This document shows positions 20,212 through 30,904 of a stretch of 64,000 nt of DNA, piece by piece (the stretch's first letter is position 1; each line of letters starts with the position of its first letter). The translations under genes were made by a program, and so were the position numbers. The notes below the pieces were generated by a model. The model saw only the letters and a list, made by a program, of their open reading frames with translations. It had not been told where the DNA came from and ran no database searches. This stretch comes from an uncultured Chloroflexia bacterium. Its GTDB lineage: Bacteria; Chloroflexota; Limnocylindria; Limnocylindrales; CSP1-4. The stretch spans positions 96,001 to 160,000 of the forward strand of contig CAVTHS010000007.1 in the NCBI GenBank assembly GCA_963734535.1. Direction: 5' to 3'.

Positions 20212-20865
20212 TCAGGATGCGACAGGCAGCGGCGAACCTTCGAGCGGCGTCTCGAGCCGCGTGTCGACACGGCCCGGGTGCGTGGCCTCCCACGCCCGGA
20301 TCTCCGGCAGCTTCGCCACCACGTAGCCGATCTCGTCGGTGCCGGCGAGCAGCATGCGCTTCGCGAATGGGTCGATCGTGAAGTCGATGGTGGTGCCGTC
20401 CGGCAGGAGGATCCCCTCCTCGGACAGATCCACCGTGAGCTGCGCGTCCGGGTCGGCGGCGACCAGCTCGAAGAGTCGCGCGTGCGTGGTCGCGTCCACC
20501 GCCACCGGCAGGACGCCGTTCTTGAGCGCGTTGTTGCGGAAGATGTCGGCGAACGAGGTGGAGATGATCGTCCGGATCCCCCATGCCGCCAGCGCCCATG
20601 GCGCGTGCTCGCGCGACGAGCCCGCCCCGAAGTTGTCGCCGACGAGCAGGATCGCCCGGCCGGCCATGCCGGGCTGGTCCAGCACGAATCGGGGCTCGCG
20701 GAGCGTCCCGTCCTCGTTGAAGCGCCAGTCGCGGAAGAGGGCGTCGGCGAGGCCGGCCTTGTCGGTGACCTTGAGGTAGCGGGCCGGGACCACCTGGTCC
20801 GTGTCGACGTTCTCCGCGCCGAGCGGGACGACCCGGCTGGTGAACTGGCGGAACGGCTCGCCCAT
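20212..20865 (-). CDS. leuD: 3-isopropylmalate dehydratase small subunit
   Basis: NVDTDQVVPARYL, NFGAGSSREHAPWAL, SFADIFRNN. Confidence 0.96.
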   Translation of the reverse strand: MGEPFRQFTSRVVPLGAENVDTDQVVPARYLKVTDKAGLADALFRDWRFNEDGTLREPRFVLDQPGMAGRAILLVGDNFGAGSSREHAPWALAAWGIRTIISTSFADIFRNNALKNGVLPVAVDATTHARLFELVAADPDAQLTVDLSEEGILLPDGTTIDFTIDPFAKRMLLAGTDEIGYVVAKLPEIRAWEATHPGRVDTRLETPLEGSPLPVAS

Positions 20866-20867
20866 GT

Positions 20868-22316
20868 TCAGCGACCCCCGCCGACCGTCGCCGGCCGCTC
20901 GATTCCCGGGAGCGTCCGCGGATCCGTCACCACGCCGCTGATCGCGCTTGCCGCCGCGGTCATCGGCGAGGCGAGGAACGTTCGCCCACCCTTGCCCTGG
21001 CGACCCTCGAAGTTGCGGTTGCTCGTGCTGATCGCGTACTGGCCGGGCCGCAGCTGGTCGCCGTTCATCGCGATGCACATGGAGCAGCCGGCCTCGCGCC
21101 ACTCCGCACCGGCGGCGCGGAAGACCTCGTGCAGCCCTTCGCGCTCGGCCTGCGCCTTCACCTGCTGGGATCCGGGGACCACCATGAGCCGGACGCCGTC
21201 GGCGACGTGCCGGTCGCGCAGGACGCTCGCGGCGAGCCGGAGGTCGCTGATCCGGCTGTTCGTGCAGCTGCCGATGAACACGACGTCGACCGGCTGGCCG
21301 GCGATGGCCTGACCCGGCTGGAGGTCCATGTATTCGAGCGCATGCTCCAGCGCGCGGCGGGCACCCGGGTCCGCCGCGTCAGCGGGATCGGGAACGCGGC
21401 CGCTCACCGGGATCCCCATCCCCGGGTTCGTCCCGTAGGTCACCATCGGCTCGAGCGCGTCCGCGTCGAGGACGATCGAGCGGTCGAAGACCGCGCCGTC
21501 ATCGGTGGGGAGCGTTCGCCAGCGCGCGACGGCATCGTCCCAGGCGTCGCCCTGCGGGGCGTGGCGGCGACCGCGGAGGTACTCGAAGGTCGTGTCGTCC
21601 GGTGCGATCAGCCCGGCCCGCGCGCCGCCCTCGATGCTCATGTTGCAGATCGTCATCCGCTCCTCCATCGAGAGGGCGCGGATCGCGTCGCCGCGATACT
21701 CGAACACGTGGCCCGTGCCGCCGCCGATCCCGATCCGGGCGATGAGCGCGAGGATCACGTCCTTCGCCCCGACTCCGGGCCGGAGGCGGCCGTCGACCCG
21801 GACCTCGTATGTCTTCGGGTCGCGCTGGAGGAGGGTCTGGGTGGCGAGGACCATCTCGACCTCGCTCGTCCCGATCCCGAAGGCGAGCGCGCCGAACGCG
21901 CCGTGGGTCGCGGTGTGGCTGTCGCCGCAGACGATGGTCATGCCGGGCTGCGTCAGGCCCAGCTCCGGCCCGATCACGTGGACGATCCCCTGCGTGTCCG
22001 ACCCGAGGGCGTGGAGCGGGATCCCGAACTCGCGACAGTTGTCGGTGAGCTGCTGGATCTGGGCGGCGGCCATCTGGTCGACGATCGGGAGGCCCCGCGG
22101 CGTCGTCGGCGTCGAGTGGTCCGCGGTCGCCACGGTCCGATCGGGTCGGCGCACCGCCAGGCCGCGCTCGCGCAGGCCGGTGAACGCCTGCGGGCTGGTC
22201 ACCTCGTGCACGAGGTGGAGGTCGACCGCGAGGACGGCCGGCGATCCTTCATCCTGGGCGATGACGTGGTCGTCCCAGATCTTCTCGACGAGGGTGCGAG
22301 GACGGGGGTCGGACAC
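20868..22316 (-). CDS. leuC: 3-isopropylmalate dehydratase large subunit
   Basis: [37 protein letters not shown]. Confidence 0.97.
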   Translation of the reverse strand: MSDPRPRTLVEKIWDDHVIAQDEGSPAVLAVDLHLVHEVTSPQAFTGLRERGLAVRRPDRTVATADHSTPTTPRGLPIVDQMAAAQIQQLTDNCREFGIPLHALGSDTQGIVHVIGPELGLTQPGMTIVCGDSHTATHGAFGALAFGIGTSEVEMVLATQTLLQRDPKTYEVRVDGRLRPGVGAKDVILALIARIGIGGGTGHVFEYRGDAIRALSMEERMTICNMSIEGGARAGLIAPDDTTFEYLRGRRHAPQGDAWDDAVARWRTLPTDDGAVFDRSIVLDADALEPMVTYGTNPGMGIPVSGRVPDPADAADPGARRALEHALEYMDLQPGQAIAGQPVDVVFIGSCTNSRISDLRLAASVLRDRHVADGVRLMVVPGSQQVKAQAEREGLHEVFRAAGAEWREAGCSMCIAMNGDQLRPGQYAISTSNRNFEGRQGKGGRTFLASPMTAAASAISGVVTDPRTLPGIERPATVGGGR

Positions 22317-22388
22317 GGGGCTCCATCGGCTGCGGGTGCGGGGCAGAAGCGTAGCAAAGCCGCGGGGGTCGGTCCGTCGGACCATGGA

Positions 22389-23858
22389 TCAGCGCCCGCT
22401 GAGGCGGCCCGGATCGTCGGCCAGCGCGAGCGCCACGAGGCAGAGCGCGCGGGCGAGCGTCGTCGCGCGATCGACGTCCACGTTCGCCGGACCGTCGCAG
22501 GCCAGGTGGTAGCACGGGTCAGGCGGGAGCCCGAACGTCGACCCGGAGGCCGCGGCCTGGGGAGCGGTGACGGGCTCGAGCGCCCCGGAGAAGACACCGC
22601 CGACGGGGATGCCGCCCTGCATGAACGGGGCATGGTCCGATCCGCTTCCCAGCTCCACCGCGACGCTGGCTGATCCCAGGTCCGCCAGGGCGGCTTGCAG
22701 GTCAGCGGTCAGTGCTGCTGACCCGGGTGGCGCGTTGGGCTCCGCGTAGACGCCGGGGAACCCGTTCGGCGAGCCGAGCATGTCGGCATTGAGGTACGCC
22801 AGGATCCGGCTCCGCTCGGTGGCGTCGAGACCCGCGACGTACCGGCTGGACCCGAGGAGCCCGACCTCCTCGCCGCTCCAGAACGCGAGTCGAAGCGTCG
22901 CGCGGGCGCGCGGGCCGGCAGCCGCTGCCCGTGCGAGCGCAAGGAGCGCGGCGATGCCACTCGCGTCGTCGTCGATCCCAGGCCCGTCGAGCACGGAATC
23001 CAGGTGCGCCCCGAGCATCACGACGCGGCCGGGCTCCGTTCCCGGGAGCTCGGCGAGGATGGATCGCGTCGGCCGGATCCCGGTCGTCCCTGTTGTCACC
23101 AGCGTGACCATCGCCGGGCCGCCATCTGTGCCGGCCGGTTGCCCAGCGGCCGCGATCGCGGCCAGCGCATTGCCGACCGTGCGCGCGCCGGCGAGCGCCG
23201 GGATCCGCAGTCCGTCCGGCCGGATGAGCGTCGATCGCCGGACCTCGCCCGGGCGAAACGCGGCGTTGAGCGCGACGAATCCGACGGCGCCGGCCTCCTG
23301 CGCGGCCATCACCTGGTCCCGCCGATAGCAGAGCCCGTTCCGAACCGCGACGATCGCCCCGGCGCTCTCGGGCGGGTAGTCGCGGGCGCTGCAGCCCAGT
23401 CGGGTCGGGCTCGGATCGTCCGGATCCCAGTCGAGCACGACGATCCGCGCGGTGATCTGGCCTGCCGGCGCGTAGACCAGCGACGCCACGTCGCCGCGGC
23501 CGAAGCTGGGCCCGGCGGGAATCTCGAGCCGGCTGCCTCCCGGGTCCAGGAACACCGGCGCGTCGAAGGTGTCCGCGGAGACCGTCCAGCCGACGGCCCG
23601 GAGCGCCGCTTCGAGGTAGGCGGCAGAGGCCGCGTATCCATCCGTCCCGAGGGCCCGCGTTCCCGCGTTGGCGGTGGCGATGGACGCGAGCGCCTCGAGG
23701 TCGGTCCGCATCCCGCTCGCCGTGATCCGCTCCGCGTCCCCGATGCGGGACTGGCCAGACGGGGGTCGGAGCACGCCGACCGCCGCGCCGGCGATCACGA
23801 CCCCGACGACCAGCAGCCCGATGAGCCTGGACCTGCCCGACCGCTGAAGGTTCGTCAC
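22389..23858 (-). CDS. M28 family aminopeptidase with PA domain, secreted or membrane-anchored
   Basis: N-terminal TM/signal segment, GAHLDS, GIDDDASG, GEEVGLLGS, NADM, SDH, CYH; this is the 3' part of the long ORF 22389..26345. Confidence 0.9.
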   Translation of the reverse strand: MTNLQRSGRSRLIGLLVVGVVIAGAAVGVLRPPSGQSRIGDAERITASGMRTDLEALASIATANAGTRALGTDGYAASAAYLEAALRAVGWTVSADTFDAPVFLDPGGSRLEIPAGPSFGRGDVASLVYAPAGQITARIVVLDWDPDDPSPTRLGCSARDYPPESAGAIVAVRNGLCYRRDQVMAAQEAGAVGFVALNAAFRPGEVRRSTLIRPDGLRIPALAGARTVGNALAAIAAAGQPAGTDGGPAMVTLVTTGTTGIRPTRSILAELPGTEPGRVVMLGAHLDSVLDGPGIDDDASGIAALLALARAAAAGPRARATLRLAFWSGEEVGLLGSSRYVAGLDATERSRILAYLNADMLGSPNGFPGVYAEPNAPPGSAALTADLQAALADLGSASVAVELGSGSDHAPFMQGGIPVGGVFSGALEPVTAPQAAASGSTFGLPPDPCYHLACDGPANVDVDRATTLARALCLVALALADDPGRLSGR

Positions 23859-23968
23859 GTCCCCGAGGAGGCTGTGCCGCGCTGACGAGGGCAGCGGCGG
23901 TCTGGCGGAACAGTCTGACCTGTCCGCAACGCGCCCGTACCGGCCGTTCACACCCCCCAGATGGTGCG

Positions 23969-23996
23969 TTGACGATCGTTCGAACCCTGCTATCCT
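23969..23996 (+). promoter_or_regulatory. Sigma70-type promoter of the ilv-leu operon
   Basis: TTGACG-16 nt-TATCCT with an extended -10 TG. Confidence 0.6.
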
Positions 23997-24042
23997 TCGC
24001 GAACCGTCGCAGGCGCGGCGGACACAGCCTGGAGCTGGCCAG

Positions 24043-24246
24043 TTGGGCTTCCTCGATCGGCAGGATCGCCGCCCCGTCGCCGTCCTCGTGACGAGCGACG
24101 GCCGCCGCGTGAACGTACCGCTCGAGGAGCTCGAAGCTGCTTCCGGCCGGGTATCGCTTCGCTCTCTTCTCCTCTCCCTTCTTGGCCTTCTGGGCCTTAT
24201 TACCGGCTCCCGGCAGGAGCCTGGAGGGCGAAGGACGGAGCGCTGA
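24043..24246 (+). CDS. Leu/Val/Ile-rich leader peptide (attenuator) of the ilvB operon
   Basis: GGAG RBS 8 nt before TTG; VSLRSLLLSLLGLLGLI contains 9 Leu codons, 6 of them CTT; followed by a terminator. Confidence 0.75.
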   Translation: MGFLDRQDRRPVAVLVTSDGRRVNVPLEELEAASGRVSLRSLLLSLLGLLGLITGSRQEPGGRRTER

Positions 24247-24271
24247 GGCGCAACGCCAACGAACCAACAGG

Positions 24272-24302
24272 ACCCTCGCCGGGAGACCGGCGGGGGTTTT
24301 TT
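24272..24302 (+). terminator. Intrinsic (attenuator) terminator upstream of ilvB
   Basis: ACCCTCGCCGG-GAGA-CCGGCGGGGGT stem-loop followed by a T-run. Confidence 0.88.
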
Positions 24303-24359
24303 GATGCAGGCCGGACTGCACTCGACCGGCGGGCGGGAACGACGGAGGACGCAACGATC

Positions 24360-26309
24360 ATGGCGATGACGAAGGGCGACGGCGCCACCGGGCCAACGGC
24401 CGGCGGTGCAACGGGTGCGCCGGATGCAGCTGGACGGGCGCGATCCGCGGACAGGGCGCCGGCCAGCCGGCGGAGCCACGTCCCGGGAGCCGGCACTCCC
24501 GGGGCGGATGCGGTGGAACGCGCTCGACGGGAGATGCTTCACGAAGGCAACCAGGCCCACCAGGATGCCGCCGATCGGCGCGAGCGCCGCGCCCGGATCG
24601 GGGCCGATGTCGTCTGCGAGGCGATCCTTCGGCAGGACGTGAACGTCCTGTTCGGGTATCCCGGCGGAGTCATCCTCCCGCTCTACGACGTGCTCGGTGA
24701 TCACCCGGCCCTCCGTCACGTGTTGGTCCGCCACGAGCAGGGGGCGGCGCACGCCGCCGACGGCTACGCGCGCGCGACCGGGAGAGTCGGTGTCTGCCTG
24801 GGCACCTCCGGCCCGGCGGCCACGAACCTCGTGACGGGGATCGCGACCGCCCAGCTGGACTCCATCCCGATGGTCGCGATCACCGGCAACGTGCCGGGCG
24901 CGCTGATCGGCAAGGACGCCTTCCAGGAGATCGACATCACCGGGATCACGCTCCCGATGACGAAGCACAACTACCTGGTCCGGGATGCCAACAACCTGCC
25001 GCGCGTGCTCGCGGAGGCGTTCTACATCGCCCGGACGGGGCGTCCGGGACCCGTCCACGTCGATATCACGAAGGACGCCCTCCAGCAGGAGACGAGCGCT
25101 CCGCATCCCTCCGACGAGGAGATCGCGGCCGGCCTGCCCGGCTTCCGCCCGACGTTCGACGGCCACCCGCGCCAGGTCCGGCTGGTCGCCGAAGAGATCG
25201 CGCGTGCGAAGCGGCCGATCATCTTCGCCGGCCACGGCGTGCTGATCGCGGACGCGATGGACGAGCTCCGCGAGCTCGCGGAGCGCACCCAGATCCCCGT
25301 GGCGTGGACGCTGCTGGGCATCGGTGCCCTCGATGAGACGCACCCGCTCGCCTACGGCTACATGGGCATGCACGGCTGGAAGCACGTGAACCGGGCGATC
25401 CAGTCCGCCGACCTGATCCTCGCCTTCGGGATGCGCTTCGACGACCGGGTGACCGGCAGCGTCAAGACGTACGCCCCGTATGCCCGGATCGTCCACGTCG
25501 ACGTCGACCCCGCCGAGATCGGAAAGAACGTGGCCGTGGAGGTGCCGGTGGTGGGGGACGCCAAGCGCGTCATGGCCGCACTCCTCGCGATGCTCCCCGT
25601 CACGGACCCCGCCGAGCGGGCCGAGTACCACGCACAGCTCGCGGAGTGGCGTCGCGAGTCGGTCGCCGGCAGCTGGCACGGCTCGGGCGCGTCGCGGTCG
25701 GGCTACCTGACGGCCGACTTCGTGATCGAGCAGATCGGCGACGTCACGAACCACGACGCGACGATGGTCGCCGACGTCGGTCAGAACCAGATGTGGATGG
25801 CGCGCTACGCCGGGTACCGGCGACCCCACAGCCACCTCTCGTCGGGCGGTCTCGGGACGATGGGGTACGCGGTTCCGACCGCGATGGGCGCGGCGCTCGG
25901 CCGGCCCGACAAGTCGACCTGGGCCGTCTGCGGTGATGGCGGCTTCCAGATGACGATCCAGGAGCTGGCCACCCTGGTCCAGGACCGGATCCCGGTCCGG
26001 ATCGCGCTCCTCGACAACAAGAAGCTGGGCATGATCCGGCAGTGGCAGGAGATCTTCTACGCCGGCAACTACCACTCGTCCAACCTGTTCGGGCCGGACT
26101 TCCTCAAGCTCTGTGAGGCGTATGGGATCCCCGCCTGGAAGGCGACCTCGCCCGAGGAGGTCCGGCCCGCGATCGAGGCTGCCGAGGCGGTCGACGGCCC
26201 GTCCTTCGTCTGGTTCGAGATCGCGGAGGAGCAGAACGTCTTCCCGATCATGCCGGCCGGCAAGGGCCTCTCCGACCTGATCGAGAAGTGGGGAGGGGCC
26301 GACGAATGA
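24360..26309 (+). CDS. ilvB: Acetolactate synthase large subunit
   Basis: FGYPGG, RHEQGAAHAADGYAR, TSGPAATN, GMRFDDRVTG, GDGGFQM; GGAGG RBS; low-complexity N-terminal extension. Confidence 0.96.
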   Translation: MAMTKGDGATGPTAGGATGAPDAAGRARSADRAPASRRSHVPGAGTPGADAVERARREMLHEGNQAHQDAADRRERRARIGADVVCEAILRQDVNVLFGYPGGVILPLYDVLGDHPALRHVLVRHEQGAAHAADGYARATGRVGVCLGTSGPAATNLVTGIATAQLDSIPMVAITGNVPGALIGKDAFQEIDITGITLPMTKHNYLVRDANNLPRVLAEAFYIARTGRPGPVHVDITKDALQQETSAPHPSDEEIAAGLPGFRPTFDGHPRQVRLVAEEIARAKRPIIFAGHGVLIADAMDELRELAERTQIPVAWTLLGIGALDETHPLAYGYMGMHGWKHVNRAIQSADLILAFGMRFDDRVTGSVKTYAPYARIVHVDVDPAEIGKNVAVEVPVVGDAKRVMAALLAMLPVTDPAERAEYHAQLAEWRRESVAGSWHGSGASRSGYLTADFVIEQIGDVTNHDATMVADVGQNQMWMARYAGYRRPHSHLSSGGLGTMGYAVPTAMGAALGRPDKSTWAVCGDGGFQMTIQELATLVQDRIPVRIALLDNKKLGMIRQWQEIFYAGNYHSSNLFGPDFLKLCEAYGIPAWKATSPEEVRPAIEAAEAVDGPSFVWFEIAEEQNVFPIMPAGKGLSDLIEKWGGADE

Positions 26310-26881
26310 GCGATACGCAGCAGCCCGCGGCCCACGCGGCACCACCCCCGCGCACGGTCCCGGGGACCGGCGCCCAGCGGCGTCACGTCCTCGTGGCCAT
26401 CGTCAACAACCGCCCGGGCGTCCTCAACCGCGTTGCCAGCCTGATGCGGGCTCGCAACTTCAACATCGAGTCGCTCGCGGTCAGCCATCTCGACGACCCC
26501 GAGATCTCGCGCATGACCATCACCCTGCGCGGTGACGACGTGAACGTCGAGCAGGCGGCCAAGCAGCTCTACAAGCTGATCGACGTGCTGAAGGTGCAGG
26601 ACGTCACCGACGATCCCACGGTCCAGCACGAGCTGGTGCTCGTGAAGGTTCGCGCCACGGATCGCAACCGCGGAGAGCTGATCTCGATCGTGGAGATGTA
26701 CAAGGCCCGGATCGTGGACATGGCGCCGGACTCGGTGATCGTGGAATCGACTGGCACCGAATCCGAGGTGGACGCGCTCGTCGCGCTCCTCCGCGGCTAC
26801 GGGATCAAGGAGATGGTTCGGACCGGGACCGTCGTGATGTCACGCGGCTCGCAGTCGATCGAGGAGGCGACGAAACGATGA
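26306..26881 (+). CDS. ilvN: Acetolactate synthase small (regulatory) subunit
   Basis: ACT domain [12 protein letters not shown]...[22 protein letters not shown]; ATGA overlap with ilvB. Confidence 0.95.
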   Translation: MSDTQQPAAHAAPPPRTVPGTGAQRRHVLVAIVNNRPGVLNRVASLMRARNFNIESLAVSHLDDPEISRMTITLRGDDVNVEQAAKQLYKLIDVLKVQDVTDDPTVQHELVLVKVRATDRNRGELISIVEMYKARIVDMAPDSVIVESTGTESEVDALVALLRGYGIKEMVRTGTVVMSRGSQSIEEATKR

Positions 26882-27933
26882 CGGCGCGGATGTACTACGA
26901 CGCGGACGCGGATCCATCGGCGCTCGCGGGCCAGACGGTCGCGATCATCGGGTTCGGAAGCCAGGGCCACGCCCACGCGCTCAACCTCGTCGAATCCGGC
27001 GTGGACGTGGTGGTCGGGTTGCCGGCCGCCTCGAAGAGCCGGCGGATCGCCGAGGATGCCGGGCTCCGGGTCGCGGACGTCGCCGACGCGGTCCGCGGCG
27101 CGGACGTCGTCATGATCCTCGTCCCCGACACGGCCCAGAAGGCCGTCTTCGAGGCGGAGATCGCGGCGAACCTCAAGCCGGGCGCGCTCCTCATGTTCGC
27201 CCACGGCTTCAACATCCGGTTCGCCCGGATCAGCCCGCCGGAGGGGATCGACGTCGGGATGGTTGCCCCGAAGGGCCCGGGCCACCTGGTCCGCTCCGTC
27301 TACCGGGCCGGCGGCGGGGTCCCGGCACTGTTCGCCGTGGAGCAGGACGCGACCGGCACGGCCCGCGCCCGCACGCTCGCCTACGCGCGGGCGATCGGCG
27401 CGACGCGCGCCGGCGTTCTCGAGACGACGTTCAAGGAAGAAACGGAGACCGACCTCTTCGGCGAGCAGTCCGTCCTGTGCGGCGGCACGGCCGCCCTCGT
27501 GAAGATGGCCTTCGAGACGCTCGTGAAGGCGGGCTATCAGCCCGAGCTGGCCTACTTCGAGACGCTCCACGAGCTCAAGCTGATCGTGGACCTGATGTAC
27601 CGCGGCGGCCTGAACTTCATGCGGTTCAGCGTCAGCGATACGGCCGAGTACGGCGACTACGTGAGCGGCCCGCGGATCATCGACGAGCGCACCCGGGCCA
27701 CCATGGAGAAGGTCCTGCTCGAGATCCAGGACGGGACGTTCGCGGCCCGCTGGATCGCCGAGAACGAGGCGGGCCGATCGGAGTTCGAGCGGCTTCGCGC
27801 CGTGGACCGCGACCACCAGATCGAGCAGGTCGGGGCGCGCCTCCGGGCCGCCATGCCGTTCCTCGATCCGGTCACCGTCCAGGCCGGCCAGGCACAGGCG
27901 GCGGCGACCGGCGCCGCGCGGGACGGCCGCTGA
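26878..27933 (+). CDS. ilvC: Ketol-acid reductoisomerase
   Basis: [37 protein letters not shown]. Confidence 0.97.
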   Translation: MTARMYYDADADPSALAGQTVAIIGFGSQGHAHALNLVESGVDVVVGLPAASKSRRIAEDAGLRVADVADAVRGADVVMILVPDTAQKAVFEAEIAANLKPGALLMFAHGFNIRFARISPPEGIDVGMVAPKGPGHLVRSVYRAGGGVPALFAVEQDATGTARARTLAYARAIGATRAGVLETTFKEETETDLFGEQSVLCGGTAALVKMAFETLVKAGYQPELAYFETLHELKLIVDLMYRGGLNFMRFSVSDTAEYGDYVSGPRIIDERTRATMEKVLLEIQDGTFAARWIAENEAGRSEFERLRAVDRDHQIEQVGARLRAAMPFLDPVTVQAGQAQAAATGAARDGR

Positions 27934-29558
27934 TGCCCGTCCCCGTACCGTCCGGGCCGTTCGTGCCCGCGGGCACCGTCCGGGTCTTCGACACGACCCT
28001 CCGCGACGGCGAGCAGGCGCCGGGCGCCGGCCTCACCGCCGCCGAGAAGCTGGAGGTCGCGCGCCAGCTCGTCCGCCTCAACGTCGACGTGATCGAGGCC
28101 GGCTTCCCGGCCGCCTCGCCCGGCGACTGGGAGGCGGTCAACCGGATCGCCAAGGAGGTCCGCGGGGTCGCCGTCGCCGCGCTTGCCCGATGCCGCGACG
28201 GCGACCCGCAGAAGGCGATCGAGGCGATCCGGATCGCCGAGCGGCCCCACCTCCACGTCTTCATCGCGACCTCGGACATCCACCTCAAGCACAAGCTCAA
28301 GATCACCCGCGACCAGGCGCTCGCCGAGGCGGTCCGCTGGGTCCGCTTCGGCCGCGAGCAGCTGGGCCGCGACGCGGAGATCGAGTTTTCCGCCGAGGAC
28401 GCGTCCCGGACCGACCCGGCCTTCCTCCTGGCCATCTACGAGGCGGTCGTCGGTGCCGGGGCCACCACGGTGAACATCCCCGACACGGTCGGCTACGCGA
28501 TCCCCGCCGAGTTCGGCGCGCTCGTCGGCCGGGTGGTGGACCTCGTCGGGCGCGATGCCACGATCTCCATCCACTGCCACAACGACCTTGGGCTCGCGAC
28601 GGCGAACACGCTGGCGGCCGTCCAGGCCGGCGCGCGCCAGGTCGAGGTGACGATCAACGGGCTCGGCGAACGGGCCGGGAATGCCTCCCTCGAGGAGGTC
28701 GTCATGGCGCTTCGGACGCGCCCGACGCAGTTCCCCGAGCTGCTCAGCCGGGTCCAGACCGAGCACATCACGACCGCCAGCCGGCTGGTGAGCCACCTGA
28801 CCGGCTTCGCGATCCAGCCGAACAAGGCCGTGGTCGGCGCGAACGCGTTCGCCCACGAGTCGGGGATCCACCAGGACGGCGTGATCAAGAACCCGCTCAC
28901 CTACGAGATCATGACGCCGCAGTCGGTGGGCCTGTCCGGCAGCCAGCTGACCATCGGAAAGCTGTCCGGGCGCAAGGGGCTCCAGAAGAAGCTCCACGAT
29001 CTCGGGCACGACGTCTCCGGCGACGCGCTCGACATCGTCTACCGCGAGGCGATCGCGCTGGCCGACGTCAAGAAGGAGGTCACCGACGCCGATCTCCTGG
29101 CGCTCCTCCAGCAGCGTTCCGGTGACGTCCCGGCATCCATCGTCATGGAGGGCTGGAGCGTGACCTCCTCGCACGGTGGGCGCTCGACGGGGAGCGTTCG
29201 GCTGACGTTCGACGGCGACGAGCGCGCCGGCGAGTCGACCGGAAACGGCCCGGTCAACGCGCTCTACCGCGCGGTCGACGAGGCGATCCGGCCCGTCCTG
29301 GGCTGGGAGCCGACGCTCGTCGAATACGAGATCAAGGCGGTGACCGAGGGCGAGGACGCCCAGGGCCGCGTCTTCCTGCGGTGCCGCCGTTCGACGGACA
29401 CGGGCTCCGACGCGATCATCGTCACGGGCCACGGCCTGTCGACGAACATCATCGAGGCGTCCCTCGAGGCGTACGTCGTGGCTGCAAACAAGCTCTGGAC
29501 GGCCGAGCAGGACGAGGCGTCGCTGCCCGCGCTCGGTTCCACGGAGCGCTTGCCGTGA
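27933..29558 (+). CDS. leuA: 2-isopropylmalate synthase
   Basis: DTTLRDGEQ, HCHND, GERAGN, HESGIHQDG and a C-terminal GNGPV regulatory domain. Confidence 0.96.
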   Translation: MPVPVPSGPFVPAGTVRVFDTTLRDGEQAPGAGLTAAEKLEVARQLVRLNVDVIEAGFPAASPGDWEAVNRIAKEVRGVAVAALARCRDGDPQKAIEAIRIAERPHLHVFIATSDIHLKHKLKITRDQALAEAVRWVRFGREQLGRDAEIEFSAEDASRTDPAFLLAIYEAVVGAGATTVNIPDTVGYAIPAEFGALVGRVVDLVGRDATISIHCHNDLGLATANTLAAVQAGARQVEVTINGLGERAGNASLEEVVMALRTRPTQFPELLSRVQTEHITTASRLVSHLTGFAIQPNKAVVGANAFAHESGIHQDGVIKNPLTYEIMTPQSVGLSGSQLTIGKLSGRKGLQKKLHDLGHDVSGDALDIVYREAIALADVKKEVTDADLLALLQQRSGDVPASIVMEGWSVTSSHGGRSTGSVRLTFDGDERAGESTGNGPVNALYRAVDEAIRPVLGWEPTLVEYEIKAVTEGEDAQGRVFLRCRRSTDTGSDAIIVTGHGLSTNIIEASLEAYVVAANKLWTAEQDEASLPALGSTERLP

Positions 29559-30799
29559 CCGCGGACGGCGATCTCGTGCAGTACCGGCTCGTTGCGATCC
29601 CCGGCGATGGCGTCGGGCCGGACGTCGTCGCGGCCGCGAAGCGTGTCATGGCGGCCGCGGGCGCGCGGTTCGGGTTCGGCGTCGAGTGGCACGACATCGT
29701 CGTCGGCGGGGCCGGGATCGACGCCTACGGCATGCCGATCCGGCCCGATGACCTGGCCGCGTGCGCCGTGAGCGACGCGGTCGTGCTCGGTGCGGTCGGC
29801 GGCCCGAAGTGGGACGACCCGACGGCGCCCGTCCGTCCCGAGCAGGCGCTCTTCGCCATACGCGGCGGTCTCGGGTTGTTCGCCAACCTGCGCCCGGTGA
29901 GCGTCCACCCGGCGCTCGTGCCGGCGTCGCCGCTCCGGCCGGAGCTGCTCGACGGGGTCGACATGCTGATCGTTCGCGAGCTGACCGGCGGCCTCTACTT
30001 CGGCGCCCGGGGCGAGGCGGCCGGTCCCGCCGGCGCCCGCGCGGCGCACGACGTGCTGCCGTACTCGGAGCCCGAGATCGCTCGCGTGGCGCGTCTCGCG
30101 TTCGAGCTGGCGCGCGGCCGTCGCAAGCGGCTCACCAGCGTGGACAAGGCGAACGTGCTGGCCACGTCGCGCCTCTGGCGGACGGTCGTTCACGAGATCG
30201 CGGTGGAGTACCCGGACATCGCGCTCGACGACCGGCTCGTGGACGCGTGCGCCATGCAGATCGTCCGCTCGCCGGCATCGTTCGACGTGCTCGTCACCGA
30301 GAACCTGTTCGGCGACATCCTCTCGGACGAGGCTTCTGTTCTTGCCGGCTCGCTCGGCATGCTCCCCTCGGCCTCGGTCGGGTCGCGCCGCACGGCCCAC
30401 GGGCTGCACGGCCTCTACGAGCCGATCCACGGCTCCGCCCCGGACATCGCCGGGCAGGATCTCGCGAACCCGATCGGCACGATCCTGTCGGTCGCGATGC
30501 TCCTGCGCTGGTCGCTGGGCCGGGCGGACGCAGCCGACGCGGTGGAGCTCGCGGTGAGCGCCGCGCTCGATGCCGGCTACCGCACGGGCGACATCTGGCC
30601 GCGGAGCGCCGCGGCCGCCGACGCATGCACGCGGGTCGGGACCGTCGAGATGACCGACGCAATTGTTGCCAGGGTCGGGGCGGTTGCAGGGAGCGCCGCC
30701 GCGCCGCCCAATTCGGGGACGCCCACGGCGGACCCCCCCGGCGACGACCTCGACGTCGGGACAACCGTGGCGACGGCCCAGCTCCTGGGGCTGCTCTGA
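29555..30799 (+). CDS. leuB: 3-isopropylmalate dehydrogenase
   Basis: PGDGVGP, RELTGGLYFG, DKANVL, NLFGDILSDE, EPIHGSAPDIAG. Confidence 0.96.
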   Translation: MTADGDLVQYRLVAIPGDGVGPDVVAAAKRVMAAAGARFGFGVEWHDIVVGGAGIDAYGMPIRPDDLAACAVSDAVVLGAVGGPKWDDPTAPVRPEQALFAIRGGLGLFANLRPVSVHPALVPASPLRPELLDGVDMLIVRELTGGLYFGARGEAAGPAGARAAHDVLPYSEPEIARVARLAFELARGRRKRLTSVDKANVLATSRLWRTVVHEIAVEYPDIALDDRLVDACAMQIVRSPASFDVLVTENLFGDILSDEASVLAGSLGMLPSASVGSRRTAHGLHGLYEPIHGSAPDIAGQDLANPIGTILSVAMLLRWSLGRADAADAVELAVSAALDAGYRTGDIWPRSAAAADACTRVGTVEMTDAIVARVGAVAGSAAAPPNSGTPTADPPGDDLDVGTTVATAQLLGLL

Positions 30800-30904
30800 T
30801 GGCCGGCGCGAGGGTCCTCCGGATCGGGATTACCGGGGCGACCGCCTGACGGCGGTCGCCAGAGCCACCGCTTCCGACCCGCCCGACACCGAAGGAACCA
30901 ACCC

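Noticed and set aside
22389-26345. 1318 aa minus-strand ORF as a giant fusion protein
   Set aside because: Only 22389..23858 is the M28 peptidase; the rest is the stop-poor antisense of ilvB and its leader.
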